From: Candidatus Cloacimonadales bacterium | GTDB lineage: Bacteria > Cloacimonadota > Cloacimonadia > Cloacimonadales > JAIOQZ01 | Length of the DNA stretch: 64,000 bases | Direction of reading: 5' to 3' | Assembly (NCBI GenBank): GCA_963662655.2 | Contig: CAXXTU010000002.1 | Coordinates: 736,001-800,000, forward strand | Shown: piece after piece, positions 62,503-64,000 of the stretch | How positions within the stretch are numbered: the first letter of the stretch is position 1 | Layout of the letters: the number at the start of each line of letters is the position of its first letter | Notes under the pieces: generated by a model | The model's input: only the letters and a program-made list of their open reading frames with translations | What the model was told of the DNA's origin: nothing | The model's database searches: none | Made by a program: the position numbers and the translations under genes

Positions 62503-64000
62503 CTATAAGTTTTTCTTCTTCTGTTTCATCAGCTCCGATATTTTCTCGACCAGGATTTGCCATGTAATGGGCTTTATAATTATCAAATCCGCTCCTGTCC
62601 GATACGCAGAATCCAGGTCCGTAAAGCTTTCGTGTCCAGTGCAAAGGATCACTGGCATTTCGGGCCTGGTATTGCGGATTTCGAGTAGCAGGTCCAAACC
62701 GCTGATGCGCGGCATCGAGATATCCGATACGATCAGATCGAATTGCCAGGGATCTTTCCGGAATACCTCAACTGCCTCCTCCGGATTCGTGTACGTTTGG
62801 ATATGGTGCCCGGTCCTCCCCACGCCGATACGGATCATCGAAGCGATATCCGTGTCGTCATCGACAAACATGATCCTGTAGCTCTCCTGCGAGTGCAGAA
62901 GCGTTTGTTGTTTGCTCGATTCCATAGCCTCTTTGGTCAGCCGTGGCAGATAAACGTCCACGATCGTTCCGGAATCCTGCTTGGACTGGACGTCGATCAC
63001 GCCATCGTTTTCCCGGATGATTCCGTGAACCGTTGATAACCCCAGTCCACTTCCGCCCTGCTGCGCCTTAGTCGTGAAATAGGGCTCGAAGATCCTCTTG
63101 ATAACTTCCGGCGGCATTCCGCACCCCGTATCGATCACGCTGATCCGGGCGTAAGCGCCTGGCTTTATGATGTGGGCAAACTGCGATGGAATTCGGTCGG
63201 CGGTTGTTTCCGTGAGTCTTACGGTCAGTCTGCCGCCTTTGGGCTTCATCGCCTGGTAGGCGTTGGTGCAGAGATTCATCAATATCTGGTGCAGCCTAGA
63301 TGGATCGGCGTTGACGACCACATCCTCCTGGATATCGATGTCCATGGAGATATTGGCCGGCAACGTCCGTTCGAGCATAGCCTTTGTCTCATCGATAATC
63401 GTTTTGAGCTGAACGGGCCTGCGCTCCATATCGGCTCTTCGGCTGAACGTCATGATTTGCTGGATGACGCCTTTAGCTCTGTAACCTGCCTTGACGATCT
63501 CCTTGATACCGGTGTAGGACGGATTGTCGGAGGGAACATCGAGCAGCGCGAGTTCGCCGTAACCGATGACCGCCGAAAGGATGTTGTTGAAATCGTGGGC
63601 GATTCCGCCGGCGAGCGTGCCGATTGCTTCCATTTTTTGTGTATGGATGAGCTGGTTCTTCAATTCCTTCTCGACGGTCACGTCCTTCATGACCCCCACG
63701 AATTTCACAATCACGTTTTGGCTGTTCCGTATCGCGGAAATGGTGCTCTCTACCTCGAACAAGCTGCCGTCTTTACGCTTGTTGATGAAGGTTCCCCGCC
63801 ACACTTTTCCAGACATGATCGTATCGAAGAACTCTTTGTAGAACTGGTTTGAATGCTTGCCGCTTCTCAGGAATCCCAACGTCTTGCCGATCACGTCCTC
63901 CCGCATGTAGCCGGTGATCTTCTCGAACGCCGGATTCACGTACGTAAGTGTTCCGTCAGGTTCGGTAATGATGATGATTTCCGCCGCGTAATCGATGGCT
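62503..64000 (-). CDS. PAS hybrid histidine kinase (5' partial)
   Basis: [37 protein letters not shown]-terminal REC; frame runs off the window end. Confidence 0.9.
   Translation of the reverse strand, partial: AIDYAAEIIIITEPDGTLTYVNPAFEKITGYMREDVIGKTLGFLRSGKHSNQFYKEFFDTIMSGKVWRGTFINKRKDGSLFEVESTISAIRNSQNVIVKFVGVMKDVTVEKELKNQLIHTQKMEAIGTLAGGIAHDFNNILSAVIGYGELALLDVPSDNPSYTGIKEIVKAGYRAKGVIQQIMTFSRRADMERRPVQLKTIIDETKAMLERTLPANISMDIDIQEDVVVNADPSRLHQILMNLCTNAYQAMKPKGGRLTVRLTETTADRIPSQFAHIIKPGAYARISVIDTGCGMPPEVIKRIFEPYFTTKAQQGGSGLGLSTVHGIIRENDGVIDVQSKQDSGTIVDVYLPRLTKEAMESSKQQTLLHSQESYRIMFVDDDTDIASMIRIGVGRTGHHIQTYTNPEEAVEVFRKDPWQFDLIVSDISMPRISGLDLLLEIRNTRPEMPVILCTGHESFTDLDSAYRTGADLIIIKPITWQILVEKISELMKQKKKNL

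Overview
A 64-kb chromosomal window from an anaerobic diderm bacterium. The four secreted proteins with PNPFNP...K-x-x-L-x-K C-terminal sorting/FlgD-Ig tails, the PFOR and the gene style suggest Candidatus Cloacimonadota or a related FCB lineage (inference). Recognisable content: ptb, an NtrC-type regulator, a type II R-M module with a frameshifted endonuclease, PFOR (nifJ), an ECF sigma/anti-sigma/PDZ operon, a GNAT/P-loop kinase cluster, tmRNA, trmO, a Ni/Co transporter pair, sppA, a TPP-riboswitch-led thi4-thiE-thiC-thiD operon, several hybrid histidine kinases, rnr and yicC. The most unusual signals are intergenic. (1) Four dispersed copies of a 123-128-nt hairpin have nearly invariant sequence boxes at near-fixed spacing, separated by stems that fully covary; G-T wobbles and tandem G.A pairs form on only one strand. 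Two copies bracket the thiamine operon in inverted orientation. (2) Two copies of a perfect four-way-junction element share a 25-nt tail. (3) A 53-nt structured tandem array. (4) Two accessory genes/modules are flanked by duplicated terminator sequence. No transposase, integrase or cas gene is visible, so any enzyme acting on these elements would be encoded elsewhere.
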